Numbered from the stretch's first letter, positions 28,026-37,437 are shown. The stretch is 64,000 bases of DNA from Vulcanimicrobiota bacterium (GCA_003167155.1 PMTY01000183.1:16228-80227), one strand, 5' to 3'. Notes: generated by a model not told the origin, from the sequence alone. Made by a program: numbers and translations.

Positions 28026-29528
28026 ATGGGTACGAGGCCTTTAATGCCGCAACGCGCCGAGGCGCCGGTCGCGCTGATCACGGTGACGGTCATGCTCGGC
28101 ATGATCATGGCGATCATCGACACGACCATTGTCAACGTCGCGCTCAATACCATCGGGGGCAACCTCGGCGCGACGGTCGACGAGGTTGCATGGGTTGCAA
28201 CCGGCTACATCCTGGCAAGCGTGGTCGTGATGCCGCTCAACGGTTGGCTGACCGCGCTGCTCGGGCGCAAGACGTTCTATGCGATCTCGCTGGCACTTTT
28301 CACCGTGGCCTCGCTCTTATGCGGCACCGCCCGTTCGATCTGGGTCTTGGTCTTTTACCGCATCGTTCAGGGGATCGGCGGCGGCGCACTGCAGCCGACC
28401 GCACAAGCGATTCTATTTGAGACGTATCCTCCACAACGGCGCGGAGCCGCGATGGCGATCTTCGGCATGGGAGCGATGGTCGGCCCGGCTATCGGTCCGG
28501 CCCTGGGTGGGTGGATCGTCGACAACGCGAGCTGGCCGATCATCTTCTATATCAACATTCCGATCGGCATCGTCGCCTTTCTCATGACGCTGGCATTCAT
28601 CCCCAATCCGAAGTACATCGTCAAACCCAAGGGCGGCATCGACTGGATCGGGCTGGGGCTGCTGACCGCCGGATTAGCGACGCTGCAGTTCGTCCTCGAG
28701 CAGGGCGAGCGCGACGAGTGGTTCTCGTCGCGGGCGATTTCGATTTGCGCCGCGGTTTCGGCCATTTCGCTGGTCGTCTTCGTGGTTAAGTCGCTGCGCG
28801 ATCGGTACCCGATCGTCGACCTGAAGGTCTTCGCATTCAGATCGTTCTCGGTGGGATCGTTCTTGGGAATCATCATGGGCTTCGGGCTCTACGGCACCGC
28901 GCTGATCTTGCCGCTCTTCTTTCAATCGCTGCTGGGCTTCTCGGCGCTCGACACCGGCCTGGCGTTGATGCCGGGCGCCTTTGCAACGGCGCTTTCGATG
29001 CTGATCATCGGGCGAATTCTCAACCGGATCGACGGGCGCTGGTCGATTGTCTTCGGAACCCTGCTCTTTGCCTGGTCGACCTGGCTCCTCGGCGGATTAA
29101 CGGTACAAGCGGGCTACTGGGACGTCTTTTGGCCGCGACTCGTCCAGGGTTTCGCGCTCGGCTTTATGTTCGTTCCGCTCACGACGATCTCGCTGCGCGA
29201 CGTTCCCGTGCCGGAGCTCGCCGGTGCAACCGGCGTCTTCACGTTGCTGCGTCAGCTCGGCGGCAGCCTCGGTATCGCGATTCTCACGACGATGCTGACG
29301 CATCAGACTGCCGTCGCTTGGAACGTTCTGGCATCGGGTGTCACGCAATCGCACGGCTATTCCATCGGTCAGCTCACGCAGATAGTGAGTCAGCAATCCT
29401 CCATGGTTGCTTACGACTATCTCTTCCGCGCGACGGCGATCATCTTTGTGCTCTCGACGCCGCTGGTCTTTCTCATAAAAGCACCCAGACGCTCGCGGGC
29501 GCCGGCACTTGCGGTCAGCCCAGAGTAA
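28026..29528 (+). CDS. MFS transporter, DHA2 (EmrB/QacA) family, 14-TM type
   Basis: IMAIIDTTIVNVALNTIGGNLGA, LLGRKTFY and RIVQGIGGGAL. The ORF-track start 27576 overlaps the divergent MBOAT gene, so it is trimmed to ATG 28026 (ATG 28044 is an alternative). Confidence 0.85.
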   Translation: MGTRPLMPQRAEAPVALITVTVMLGMIMAIIDTTIVNVALNTIGGNLGATVDEVAWVATGYILASVVVMPLNGWLTALLGRKTFYAISLALFTVASLLCGTARSIWVLVFYRIVQGIGGGALQPTAQAILFETYPPQRRGAAMAIFGMGAMVGPAIGPALGGWIVDNASWPIIFYINIPIGIVAFLMTLAFIPNPKYIVKPKGGIDWIGLGLLTAGLATLQFVLEQGERDEWFSSRAISICAAVSAISLVVFVVKSLRDRYPIVDLKVFAFRSFSVGSFLGIIMGFGLYGTALILPLFFQSLLGFSALDTGLALMPGAFATALSMLIIGRILNRIDGRWSIVFGTLLFAWSTWLLGGLTVQAGYWDVFWPRLVQGFALGFMFVPLTTISLRDVPVPELAGATGVFTLLRQLGGSLGIAILTTMLTHQTAVAWNVLASGVTQSHGYSIGQLTQIVSQQSSMVAYDYLFRATAIIFVLSTPLVFLIKAPRRSRAPALAVSPE

Positions 29529-29543
29529 TCGTACGGCGCTTCG

Positions 29544-29957
29544 TCATTGCGAGATCACCATCTGAGAGCTGCTGGACATATTAAACGCGGCGCTCGGCAA
29601 AATCCCAGTCATGAAAGAGAACGGATACTTTACGGTGATGAGCACGGGGCAGCCGGCCGCCTGACAAGTGCTGGGCAACTGCAAGGTCGCCGTAATCTTG
29701 CTCGTGTTCATCCCGACCGCGAGGCTCTGCACGTAGGTTTGCAGCTCGGCGGATGTAGCAGTACAGCTGTCCAAGAGGGTGCACCCAGTGCCGCGAACGA
29801 TCGCCCAGCGCGCGCCCGCCCGAGCCAACTGGGTGACGAACGAATACGTGTACATCGCTCGGCCGAAGTCAATGATTCCAAACATCAGGGCTAGGAGTGC
29901 TGTGGCGACGATCGCCATCTCAGGCAAGCCGCTGCCGCGCTGTCCATGGCGCCTCAT
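29544..29957 (-). CDS. TadE-like pseudopilin (minor Flp-pilus component)
   Basis: Trimmed to ATG 29957 (ATGA overlap). N-terminal PEMAIVATALLALMFGIIDFGRAMYTY. Paralogue of 33734..34183; both end in MVISQ. Confidence 0.75.
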   Translation of the reverse strand: MRRHGQRGSGLPEMAIVATALLALMFGIIDFGRAMYTYSFVTQLARAGARWAIVRGTGCTLLDSCTATSAELQTYVQSLAVGMNTSKITATLQLPSTCQAAGCPVLITVKYPFSFMTGILPSAAFNMSSSSQMVISQ

Positions 29958-30409
29958 TGGTTCTCCACCCGCATCAAGGCGTAACCGGTTACCGCCACCT
30001 GCGACGGCAGCCCCGGATACTTGATCAACGGATAAAAGAGGCCCGTCGCCGTCGCTTGGACATACGCTACGGCGCCCGAAGTAGTACACGAGCCATTGGA
30101 ACCGCTTACGCTGCAATAACCGTTCGGAGTCACGGTCAGACCAGACAGACTACCTGCATCCGCGACGGCGGCGGCCTTCATACCAGGAACGTCTGCAGCC
30201 TTCTGTAGGTTTTGAGCCCCGTATTGCACCGCGGCTCGCGCCGCATTCGCGGCGAGGATGCCGTCGTACGTGTAGCGGCCGAAGTCAATCAAACCGAGGA
30301 GCAGCAGCGCCAGAAACGGGAGGACGATTGCGAACTCCACGAGGCTCGTCCCGGACTCGCAGCGCAGGAGCGCGCGAGTCCGGGCCTTCACCTGGTACGG
30401 TAGCATCAT
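29954..30409 (-). CDS. TadE-like pseudopilin
   Basis: ESGTSLVEFAIVLPFLALLLLGLIDFGRY matches the TadE N-terminal motif. ATGA overlaps on both sides. Confidence 0.8.
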   Translation of the reverse strand: MMLPYQVKARTRALLRCESGTSLVEFAIVLPFLALLLLGLIDFGRYTYDGILAANAARAAVQYGAQNLQKAADVPGMKAAAVADAGSLSGLTVTPNGYCSVSGSNGSCTTSGAVAYVQATATGLFYPLIKYPGLPSQVAVTGYALMRVENQ

Positions 30410-31599
30410 TGTGTCAGCACCACGTTCTGGACCAACGTACTGCCCGACGGCGGCGTTCCAAACGTGTAGCCCGAACTGCTGTTCAGGTTAGCGGAGCCGA
30501 GGACCAGGACCGTATAGTCGCCCTGAGCGCCGTTGAAGTTGACGCCGTTGGCGCCCGGTGCGTAGACGAGTCCGTTGAAGTGCACCGATGAGCCGCTCAA
30601 GTTCGGCGCCGTGGTATTGCCCGGCACTTGATAGTAGAGCACGCCGTCGTACGTCCCGCTCGTGGGCGGCGAGATCGTCGCACTTAGCGCGGCGCTAAAA
30701 TCGGGTGCGGTGCCGTTCGCGGTCACATAAAACGTCACACCCGTTCCGACGAAGCGCGAGTTGGAAAAGTCGCTGGTGCCGTTGAGCACGTAGACGCCGG
30801 GCTGCAAGGTTACCGTTCCGCAGCTTCCTACGGTCAGGTTGTTATAGCAACCGGGGCTGATCGTCGGATTCATGTTGCTTCCGGCGAGCGATTGGCAGCC
30901 GCTCGCCGACGGCGGGTTGCTCGCTAGAGTGGCGCAGCCGGGAATCTCGGGACAAGGGTTCGGAGCCTGCAGCATTGGTGCGGGCGTTGCTCCCGAAAAC
31001 GTCGTACCGCTTATCGTAGGCGGCGTTGAACCACCATAGCCGATCGACCCCGCCGATATCGTCTGGGAACCTGAGAAGGTCGCCGTGTTATTGATAATGA
31101 TGCTGCAGTTCGGCGCGCTGACGTTCCCGCCGGAGAACGTGGATACGGCGGTCGTACTCAGCAGGTAGATGCACGCGTTGTTGGTGCTCACAAGCTCCGC
31201 TGTGGCCGAGGTCGTCTCCTTGACACTCGGGATCCCGAAGAGCTGGGAAAAGAACGAGGGCTTGGTTCCCTTGATCGAAACCGAGACGGCACAGTTGTTG
31301 CTGGCGTAGGGCCCGCTTGCAGGCGGATTATTAACCGTAACCTGGCTGGGCGTATAGCCGCCGCTGCTCGCCGCGTCGGTGTCCGCTGCCGCTTGGGCAG
31401 TCGCTGGAGCTGGACAGCCGGCAGCATCGAGCGCCTGAGCACCGCCGATCGCGGCGCTATCCACAGCATTCTGCTGCTGGCGTTGCTGGTATTGCCAGAA
31501 CCCGACGTCCACGGACATGCCACCAAATCCGAGCAGGACCGTTAAATAAATAGCCACGAGCGGTAAAACCGCTCCGCGCTGACCGAGGCCTCGTTGCAT
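30406..31599 (-). CDS. TadG-like pilus assembly protein (no vWA domain; Gly/Thr/Asn-rich beta-rich C-region)
   Basis: Trimmed to ATG 31599 (AAGGAG 8 nt upstream). N-terminus RGAVLPLVAIYLTVLLGFGGMSVDVGFWQYQQRQQQNAVDSAAIGGAQAL. Conserved NPCPEIPGC shared with the two paralogues. Confidence 0.75.
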   Translation of the reverse strand: MQRGLGQRGAVLPLVAIYLTVLLGFGGMSVDVGFWQYQQRQQQNAVDSAAIGGAQALDAAGCPAPATAQAAADTDAASSGGYTPSQVTVNNPPASGPYASNNCAVSVSIKGTKPSFFSQLFGIPSVKETTSATAELVSTNNACIYLLSTTAVSTFSGGNVSAPNCSIIINNTATFSGSQTISAGSIGYGGSTPPTISGTTFSGATPAPMLQAPNPCPEIPGCATLASNPPSASGCQSLAGSNMNPTISPGCYNNLTVGSCGTVTLQPGVYVLNGTSDFSNSRFVGTGVTFYVTANGTAPDFSAALSATISPPTSGTYDGVLYYQVPGNTTAPNLSGSSVHFNGLVYAPGANGVNFNGAQGDYTVLVLGSANLNSSSGYTFGTPPSGSTLVQNVVLTQ

Positions 31600-31887
31600 A
31601 TTATGTTCTCCTTTAGGTCGAGGCGGGAAAGGACAGAGAAACGCCCGGGGCGTCTTACCCGGTGCTCGGTCGATTATGCCACGGTTGCGGTTAGGCGTCA
31701 ACAGAAATTAACGCTTTTTAGCAGGGGGCCGCTCCCAAGGGGCTTAAATAACCGGGAGATCGAGCGGCTGGCCCTTACGGAGGCGGCGGCTTCGGTTGCG
31801 CCCGGTCTTGCCGTCGGGGGAACTCGGAGGCAGCGGGCTACGTTTCTCGCTTAGTTATCGCTTCTACTAACAATTTAAGGAGATAGA

Positions 31888-32049
31888 ATGCTTACCACGC
31901 TCAAGTCCATGATCCGCGACGACGAAGGCGCCACGATGGTGGAGTACGGGCTGCTTATCGCCCTGATCGCCTTGGTTGCCCTGGTTGCCGTCAAGACTCT
32001 TGGAACCAATCTCAGCTCGCTGTTCACCACGGTCGCTGGATCGATATAG
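31888..32049 (+). CDS. flp: Flp-family type IVb/c prepilin (53 aa)
   Basis: Not in the ORF track (<60 aa). AAGGAG 5 nt before the ATG. MLTTLKSMIRDDEG/ATMVEYGLLIALIALVALVAV... has the Flp G/xxxxEY processing motif. Confidence 0.85.
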   Translation: MLTTLKSMIRDDEGATMVEYGLLIALIALVALVAVKTLGTNLSSLFTTVAGSI

Positions 32050-32091
32050 CGGCCGCTTCCTTCAGCACTTCATTTAGCACGAGGAGAAAGA

Positions 32092-32268
32092 ATGCTCACG
32101 CTTCTGCGATCTATGATCGAGGATGAGACTGGCCATGCAATGCTGGAATACGGCCTGCTGATTTCTTGCATTGCCTTGCTGGCCCTCGCCTCGGTTGAGG
32201 TCTTCGGCCAGAGCGTCAGTGGGCTCTTTCACCAGGGGCCGGCTGTAGCAAGCCCTTGGGCTCGTTAG
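32092..32268 (+). CDS. flp: Divergent Flp-family prepilin (58 aa)
   Basis: Not in the ORF track. GAGGAG 5 nt before the ATG. MLTLLRSMIEDETG/HAMLEYGLLISCIALLALASV... with a longer C-tail ending PWAR. Confidence 0.7.
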   Translation: MLTLLRSMIEDETGHAMLEYGLLISCIALLALASVEVFGQSVSGLFHQGPAVASPWAR

Positions 32269-32298
32269 CCAGCGGGCATTTTCGTCGCCTGCTTTGCC

Positions 32299-32338
32299 AG
32301 AGCAGCGGCTCCCTCAAGGAGCCCGCTGCTCTGTCTTT
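32299..32338 (+). terminator. Hairpin terminator between convergent flp genes and the minor-pilin operon
   Basis: agagcagcggctcc (32299-32312) / ggagcccgctgctct (32318-32332), one bulge, 5-nt loop, then gtcttt. Confidence 0.55.
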
Positions 32339-33737
32339 AAGGGACGATCGTTACGGGGTGGATGATGCTCTCTTGACCAAAACCATCGGTAAAGGTGGCA
32401 ACGACCGTGTACTGGGTCGAGACCAAAACCGACGGCGCACGTAGAGTAACGACGTCCGCGTCCGCGCCGGCGTCGGTGCCGGTCACCTCGTGGGACTGAG
32501 CATCCGTCAATGCAATCCGCATCCCGTTGCGCGGCGAGAGAATTCGAACGCTGATCGGGTTCCCGCCTCTAACGGTGCGTTCGGTTACCTCAAAGGTACC
32601 GTTCGCATCGGATCCCGTAACCGGTGCCATTCCGGGATCGTCGCCGGCCGCAGCTGCCCCGGCCTGCGGCGCGAGATTCAATCCATTTGTCACCAGAACC
32701 CCTGCCATCGATTGGGCGGTCGAGCTTCCCTTGGTTACGTGAAGCACGACTCGCATCTCACGCGCGTCGGGCACCTGCGGAATGACGAGCCGGGTTTCAC
32801 CGGTCCTCGAAAACGGCTGTTGCGCCCATATCGATCCGTCGCTCCCTACTAGACGCACGTAGCCGCTGTCGGCCGCGGCGGAGTACGCGACGTCGACGCT
32901 CTGGCCCGGCTTCGCGACGACAGGGTGAACGGAAATGTCGTCGATTCGCGCATCCTGCTGCTGCGATGACAGCGTATTGAGAACGCGGGTCTCGCTGGCG
33001 TTGCCCAGAAGCCCGTTCATAGCCATTCGCAAAGTATATGCCCCCCGCTGACTTGCGGGCGGGAGCGAAATGAAGATGGCTCCAGAATGGTCGTCGAGTC
33101 GTCCTCCTTGGAGCCGATGTCCATCCGGCGCTGTGACGAGATACGAGAGACGGCCCGCACCAAAGGCACTATATTCTGCCTGCACGGTCGTGCCGGCGAG
33201 CGCTTCGGGCGGCACCGCGAATGCCGCGATTCGCGGCATTGCTTCGCGCAGTCCGGCGGTGGCCGTTAAGGCAATAGCTCCCGCAGCAAGGCATGCTGCG
33301 GCGATCGTCCGACGGGCCCGAGCCAGATTGCGAACGGGAGGTGCGGCGGCTTCAACGATGCAGTGTACGCCGTTCCCTACAACCTCGGCGACGGCGCGGT
33401 CGAAGGGCGCAAAGTCCCGCGGCCAAAGCGGAACGAGCGTTTCGCTGGTGGAGAACGGCTCGACTTCAAAGAACGCCGGGTAGGCTAGTACCGCTTCGCC
33501 GTCGTTGCAGAGGACCCACGTGCGGCAGACCAGCGCCGACTTCGTGCGATTGATCACCCGCAACGCATATGTGGCAACGCCGCGGCGCCGGTCGAAGCCC
33601 TCGAGTGCGAAGAAGGCGGAGACACCACCAGCCGCCGTCTGCACCGCCGCCCCTGAGCGAAAACGAGCCGTGGGAGTCAGTCGTCCTGCACGCCGCGCGG
33701 GGAGAGCCTCACCCGAGAGTTGCAGCGCACGGCTCAT
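32337..33737 (-). CDS. Uncharacterised bitopic membrane protein, last gene of the minor-pilin operon
   Basis: Trimmed to ATG 33737 (ATGA overlap with the TadE-like gene). About 150-aa N-domain, one TM (TIAAACLAAGAIALTATAGL), then roughly 300 aa of beta-rich repeats (TVQAEYSAFGAGRLSYLVTAPDG; SVDVAYSAAADSGYVRLVGSDGS; PISVRILSPRNGMRIALTD). I recognise no family. Confidence 0.6.
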   Translation of the reverse strand: MSRALQLSGEALPARRAGRLTPTARFRSGAAVQTAAGGVSAFFALEGFDRRRGVATYALRVINRTKSALVCRTWVLCNDGEAVLAYPAFFEVEPFSTSETLVPLWPRDFAPFDRAVAEVVGNGVHCIVEAAAPPVRNLARARRTIAAACLAAGAIALTATAGLREAMPRIAAFAVPPEALAGTTVQAEYSAFGAGRLSYLVTAPDGHRLQGGRLDDHSGAIFISLPPASQRGAYTLRMAMNGLLGNASETRVLNTLSSQQQDARIDDISVHPVVAKPGQSVDVAYSAAADSGYVRLVGSDGSIWAQQPFSRTGETRLVIPQVPDAREMRVVLHVTKGSSTAQSMAGVLVTNGLNLAPQAGAAAAGDDPGMAPVTGSDANGTFEVTERTVRGGNPISVRILSPRNGMRIALTDAQSHEVTGTDAGADADVVTLRAPSVLVSTQYTVVATFTDGFGQESIIHPVTIVP

Positions 33738-34183
33738 TGCGAAATCACCATCTCCGACGTGCTCGTCATGTTCAGCGTGCCCAGCGAGGTAGGCATCCAA
33801 GGCAGTGTAAACTTAAATGGATAGGTTACGGCTACTTCGACTGTGCAGCCGGGTGCGTTTCCGGAACTGCCCGGAGGGCAGCCGCCGGGCGGCCAGCTAG
33901 CCGTCACGGCGACGTTGCTCGGAGTGATAAAGCCGTATGCGAGGCTTTGCACGTACGTCTGTACCTGCGGGGAGGTGGCGCTGCAATCGGTCAGCAGCGT
34001 GCACTGCGATCCGCGCACGATCGCCCAACGCGCGCCTTGTCGCGCGAGCTGCGCGACGAAACCATAGGTGAACATCGCACGGCCGAAGTCGATGATCCCG
34101 CAGATCATCGCGAGTAGCACCCCCATCACGATGACGGTTTCAACCATGCTGCTGCCGCGCTCGCGTTTGCGTCCGATGCTCAT
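33734..34183 (-). CDS. TadE-like pseudopilin
   Basis: GSSMVETVIVMGVLLAMICGIIDFGRAMFTY. Paralogue of 29544..29957. Confidence 0.8.
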   Translation of the reverse strand: MSIGRKRERGSSMVETVIVMGVLLAMICGIIDFGRAMFTYGFVAQLARQGARWAIVRGSQCTLLTDCSATSPQVQTYVQSLAYGFITPSNVAVTASWPPGGCPPGSSGNAPGCTVEVAVTYPFKFTLPWMPTSLGTLNMTSTSEMVISQ

Positions 34184-34608
34184 TGGTTGGTCACGCGCAT
34201 AACCGCCGTCGCACTGATAGGGACGGCGTTTGGAATGCCGGGATAGTTCAATAGAGAGTGGAACGTGCCGCTCACCTGGACTTTAGCGTAGTACACGACT
34301 GTGCCCCCGCTAAAACAGCTGACGATCGCCCCGTTCCAGGAGCAAAAGTAGGTCGGGGTCACCGTCAAACCGAGGTTTGGAGCGTCCTGGAGCCCCGCAT
34401 TCTCCGTGTTTGTCTTGTCGCCGACCGTGGTCAGGTTGCGCGTTTGGTATTGCAGGGCAGCTCGAGCGGAGTGTGCGACTAGTATCCCAAAATACATATA
34501 TCTTCCCACCTCGATCAACCCTATCATCAAGAAGATCAGGACCGGTGCGACCAGCGCGAACTCTACCAGGGCCGTTCCTCGCTCGGAGCGAGAGAATCTT
34601 CGCATCAT
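34180..34608 (-). CDS. TadE-like pseudopilin
   Basis: ERGTALVEFALVAPVLIFLMIGLIEVGRYMY. Paralogue of 29954..30409 and 35810..36250. Confidence 0.8.
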   Translation of the reverse strand: MMRRFSRSERGTALVEFALVAPVLIFLMIGLIEVGRYMYFGILVAHSARAALQYQTRNLTTVGDKTNTENAGLQDAPNLGLTVTPTYFCSWNGAIVSCFSGGTVVYYAKVQVSGTFHSLLNYPGIPNAVPISATAVMRVTNQ

Positions 34609-35813
34609 TGCGCCACCACAACTTCTTTGACGAGTGACCCGCCGGGAGGCGGCGTGGCCCAGTCGTAGGCCGCACTGCCGTTAAAGATCGCCGAACCGGC
34701 GACGATGACGAGATAGCCTCCGCTCGTGCCATTGAATATGGCATTCGTCGCGTCGGGGGCATAGATAAGTCCGTTTATACTCATCGAGACTCCGTTGAAG
34801 ATTGGTTGGGCCGAGTTTGTTGCCACTTGATAGTAGAGTACGCCGGGGTAGTTTCCAGTCGTGGGCGGGGAGAGGGAGAGACTCGCAATGCCGTTAAAAG
34901 TGGGCGGCGTGCCGGTACCCGTGACGTAGAGCGTGACGTTACTTCCGGTAACGCTCGTCAATCCGTTGAACGTGGTGGTACCGTTGAAGACATACGTGCC
35001 CGAGAGGACGACGTTGGAGACTCCGTTTACCGTGAGCGTGTTGTAGCAAACGTTGTTTGGCAGATCCAAGGTGGTGCCGCCGGTATAGGCTATCGAAACA
35101 CACCCAGTCGCCGGAGGCGGATTTGCCGTAAGATAGGCGCATCCGGCGATCTCGGGACACGGGTCGTTGACGAGCGGCATCGGTGCCGGCGTCGCTTCCG
35201 TAAACGTCGTCCCGGTTTCGGTTGGCGCCGATCCCGCATAGCCGATGTACGCCGCCTCGAAGGGCGAGTCGCCGGTGAAGGTTGCCGTGTCGTTGATCAG
35301 AACGCCGCACTGCGGGGCCTTAAAGCTATCCCCGTTGAAGGTCGAACTCGATGAAGTCTTCAGCAAGTAGATGCAACCAAGTCCGTTGCTCGTCGCTGCT
35401 GCGACCGCCGAAGTGCTCTCGTTCATCCCCTGTTGATAGCCGAAGAGCTGCGCAAAAAAGGTCGATACGTGCTGCGTTGTGATTTGAACGGAGATGGCGC
35501 AGCCGTTGCCGGCGTAGGGTCCGCTACTCGGGGGCGTTATCGCCGTGACGCTGACATTGCCTCCCGCGGCAAAGCCGTTGGTTGTAGCGTCGATTTGAGC
35601 GGCATTCTCGGCCGCGGTCGAGCCGCTGCAGCTCGAGCGGGCGAGTTGCTGGGCTCCGCCGACCGCTGCTGCGTCAGTTACGGTCTGTTGTTGCTGCTGC
35701 CAATATTCGAGGTAGCCGACATCCACCGCGAGGCCGGCAAACCCCAGCAAAACGGCAAGACTGATCGCGATCAGCGGCAGGACTTGCCCCGATTGACGCG
35801 CACGATTTCTCAT
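34605..35813 (-). CDS. TadG-like pilus assembly protein
   Basis: SGQVLPLIAISLAVLLGFAGLAVDVGYLEYWQQQQQTVTDAAAVGGAQQL and DPCPEIAGC. Confidence 0.75.
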   Translation of the reverse strand: MRNRARQSGQVLPLIAISLAVLLGFAGLAVDVGYLEYWQQQQQTVTDAAAVGGAQQLARSSCSGSTAAENAAQIDATTNGFAAGGNVSVTAITPPSSGPYAGNGCAISVQITTQHVSTFFAQLFGYQQGMNESTSAVAAATSNGLGCIYLLKTSSSSTFNGDSFKAPQCGVLINDTATFTGDSPFEAAYIGYAGSAPTETGTTFTEATPAPMPLVNDPCPEIAGCAYLTANPPPATGCVSIAYTGGTTLDLPNNVCYNTLTVNGVSNVVLSGTYVFNGTTTFNGLTSVTGSNVTLYVTGTGTPPTFNGIASLSLSPPTTGNYPGVLYYQVATNSAQPIFNGVSMSINGLIYAPDATNAIFNGTSGGYLVIVAGSAIFNGSAAYDWATPPPGGSLVKEVVVAQ

Positions 35814-36250
35814 TGGGAGCCCACGCGCATCACGGCCGTCGACGTTATGAGTTCGCTATTTTGAATGCCCGGATAGTTTAAGAGCGACGTAAAGGTCCCG
35901 GTCACCACCACCTGGACGTAGTACGCGGTCGTCGAGCTAGGCTCACCGGTCGGGCAAGTCGCTACTGCGCCATTGTTCGTGCAAAAGTGGGTTGGTCTAA
36001 CAGTCCAGTTCGGCAGGTTCTGCCCGTCCTGCGTCGCGGCATTGATCATTCCTGCAGTATCGATAGCAGTGAAGGTGCTTTGAGCGCCGTATTGTACGGC
36101 GGCACGGGCGGCGTGCGACGCCAAGATTGCCATGCGCACGTACCTTCCCGTCTCAATCATCCCGATGAGCAGGAACATGAACACCGGCAATACGAGCGCA
36201 AACTCGACCATGCTGGTGCCGCTCTCGGAGCGAATCCACCGCGCTATCAT
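35810..36250 (-). CDS. TadE-like pseudopilin
   Basis: ESGTSMVEFALVLPVFMFLLIGMIETGRYV. Confidence 0.8.
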   Translation of the reverse strand: MIARWIRSESGTSMVEFALVLPVFMFLLIGMIETGRYVRMAILASHAARAAVQYGAQSTFTAIDTAGMINAATQDGQNLPNWTVRPTHFCTNNGAVATCPTGEPSSTTAYYVQVVVTGTFTSLLNYPGIQNSELITSTAVMRVGSQ

Positions 36251-37437
36251 TGGACCAGCACCGCCTTCTTTACGAGGGATTGTCCGGGAGAAGGCGTGGC
36301 AAAGTCGTACGCGGTGTTATTGTTGAAGTTCATCGATCCAAAAACCAGCACCATGTAGTTGCCGGGAGCAGTGTCGAAGTTGACGCTGGTCGAGCTAGGA
36401 GCATAGAGCAGTCCGCTCAACGTGGCGCTGGGGTCGTTGAAATTGATGCTCGACGAGTTGCCCGGGACTTGATAGAGGAGCACGCCCGTATCGTTTCCAC
36501 TCGTGGGCGGCGAAAGGTTCACAGTCTTGTTGTCAAAGTTTGGCCCGCTGCCGTTGCTGGTAATATAAATCGTGACCCCGCTTCCCTGGAGGTTCACGCC
36601 ATTGTCGTTGATGGGTCCGTTGATGATGTAGAGGCCGGGTGCCATCGTGACGGTTCCGGGCGGGTCGAGATTCATGTACGAATAGCAGCCGGGTTGGAGC
36701 GTCTGGTTACCGCCGTTGTCGTTATAGCCGCTGCATCCGCTCGTGGAAGGCGGATTGGCGGTAAGGTATTCGCAACCCGGAATCTCTGGACAAGGATCCG
36801 CCACCGGTAGCATTGCAGCCGGGGTTGCCAATGTAAAGGTGGTACCGCCATAGTTGGGCGCACTGACATAGCCGATGCTCGGAGCAGCGATCGTTCCCCC
36901 GTCGAAATTAGCAGAATAGTTGATCGCAATGGCACAGCCCGGCGAGTTGACCGTCGCATTGTTGAAGCTGCTCCAACTGCTGTTGCTGAGCAAATAGATG
37001 CAAGCCCCCCCCGTCGCTGAGGCGTCCGCCGTAGCTTGAGTCGATTCCGTCATTCCCGTAGGGTAGCCAAAGAGCTTGGAAAAGAAATTTGTGACGTGCT
37101 GCGTTTGGATTTGAACGGATATGGCGCAAGTATTGCCGGCATACGGACCGCTTGACGGCGGGCTGACGGGTATAACGGTAACGTTACCTCCAGTTGAATA
37201 GCCGTCATTGGTCGCGTCGATGGCGGCCGAGCTCTCAGCGCTGGTCGCGCTGCCGCAGTTCGAGCGCGCGAGCGACTGGGCTCCGCCGAGCGCGGCTGCA
37301 TCAGTTGCGGTTTCTTGCTGCTGCTGCTGGTACTCGAGGTAGCCGACGTCCACGGCAAGGCCGGCGAAGCCCAGCAAAACGGCAAGACTCACCGCTATGA
37401 GCGGTAGGACCTGTCCCGACTGACCCCGGCGTTTCAT
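36247..37437 (-). CDS. TadG-like pilus assembly protein
   Basis: SGQVLPLIAVSLAVLLGFAGLAVDVGYLEYQQQQQETATDAAALGGAQSL and DPCPEIPGC. Confidence 0.75.
   Translation of the reverse strand: MKRRGQSGQVLPLIAVSLAVLLGFAGLAVDVGYLEYQQQQQETATDAAALGGAQSLARSNCGSATSAESSAAIDATNDGYSTGGNVTVIPVSPPSSGPYAGNTCAISVQIQTQHVTNFFSKLFGYPTGMTESTQATADASATGGACIYLLSNSSWSSFNNATVNSPGCAIAINYSANFDGGTIAAPSIGYVSAPNYGGTTFTLATPAAMLPVADPCPEIPGCEYLTANPPSTSGCSGYNDNGGNQTLQPGCYSYMNLDPPGTVTMAPGLYIINGPINDNGVNLQGSGVTIYITSNGSGPNFDNKTVNLSPPTSGNDTGVLLYQVPGNSSSINFNDPSATLSGLLYAPSSTSVNFDTAPGNYMVLVFGSMNFNNNTAYDFATPSPGQSLVKKAVLVQ

Noticed and set aside
29515-29547. 10-codon ORF (MTKRRTITLG) starting in the CAATGA junction after the last TadE-like gene
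   Set aside because: It is too short and overlaps the 3' end of the convergent MFS gene. I interpret it as a vestige of the duplicated junction, not a gene.
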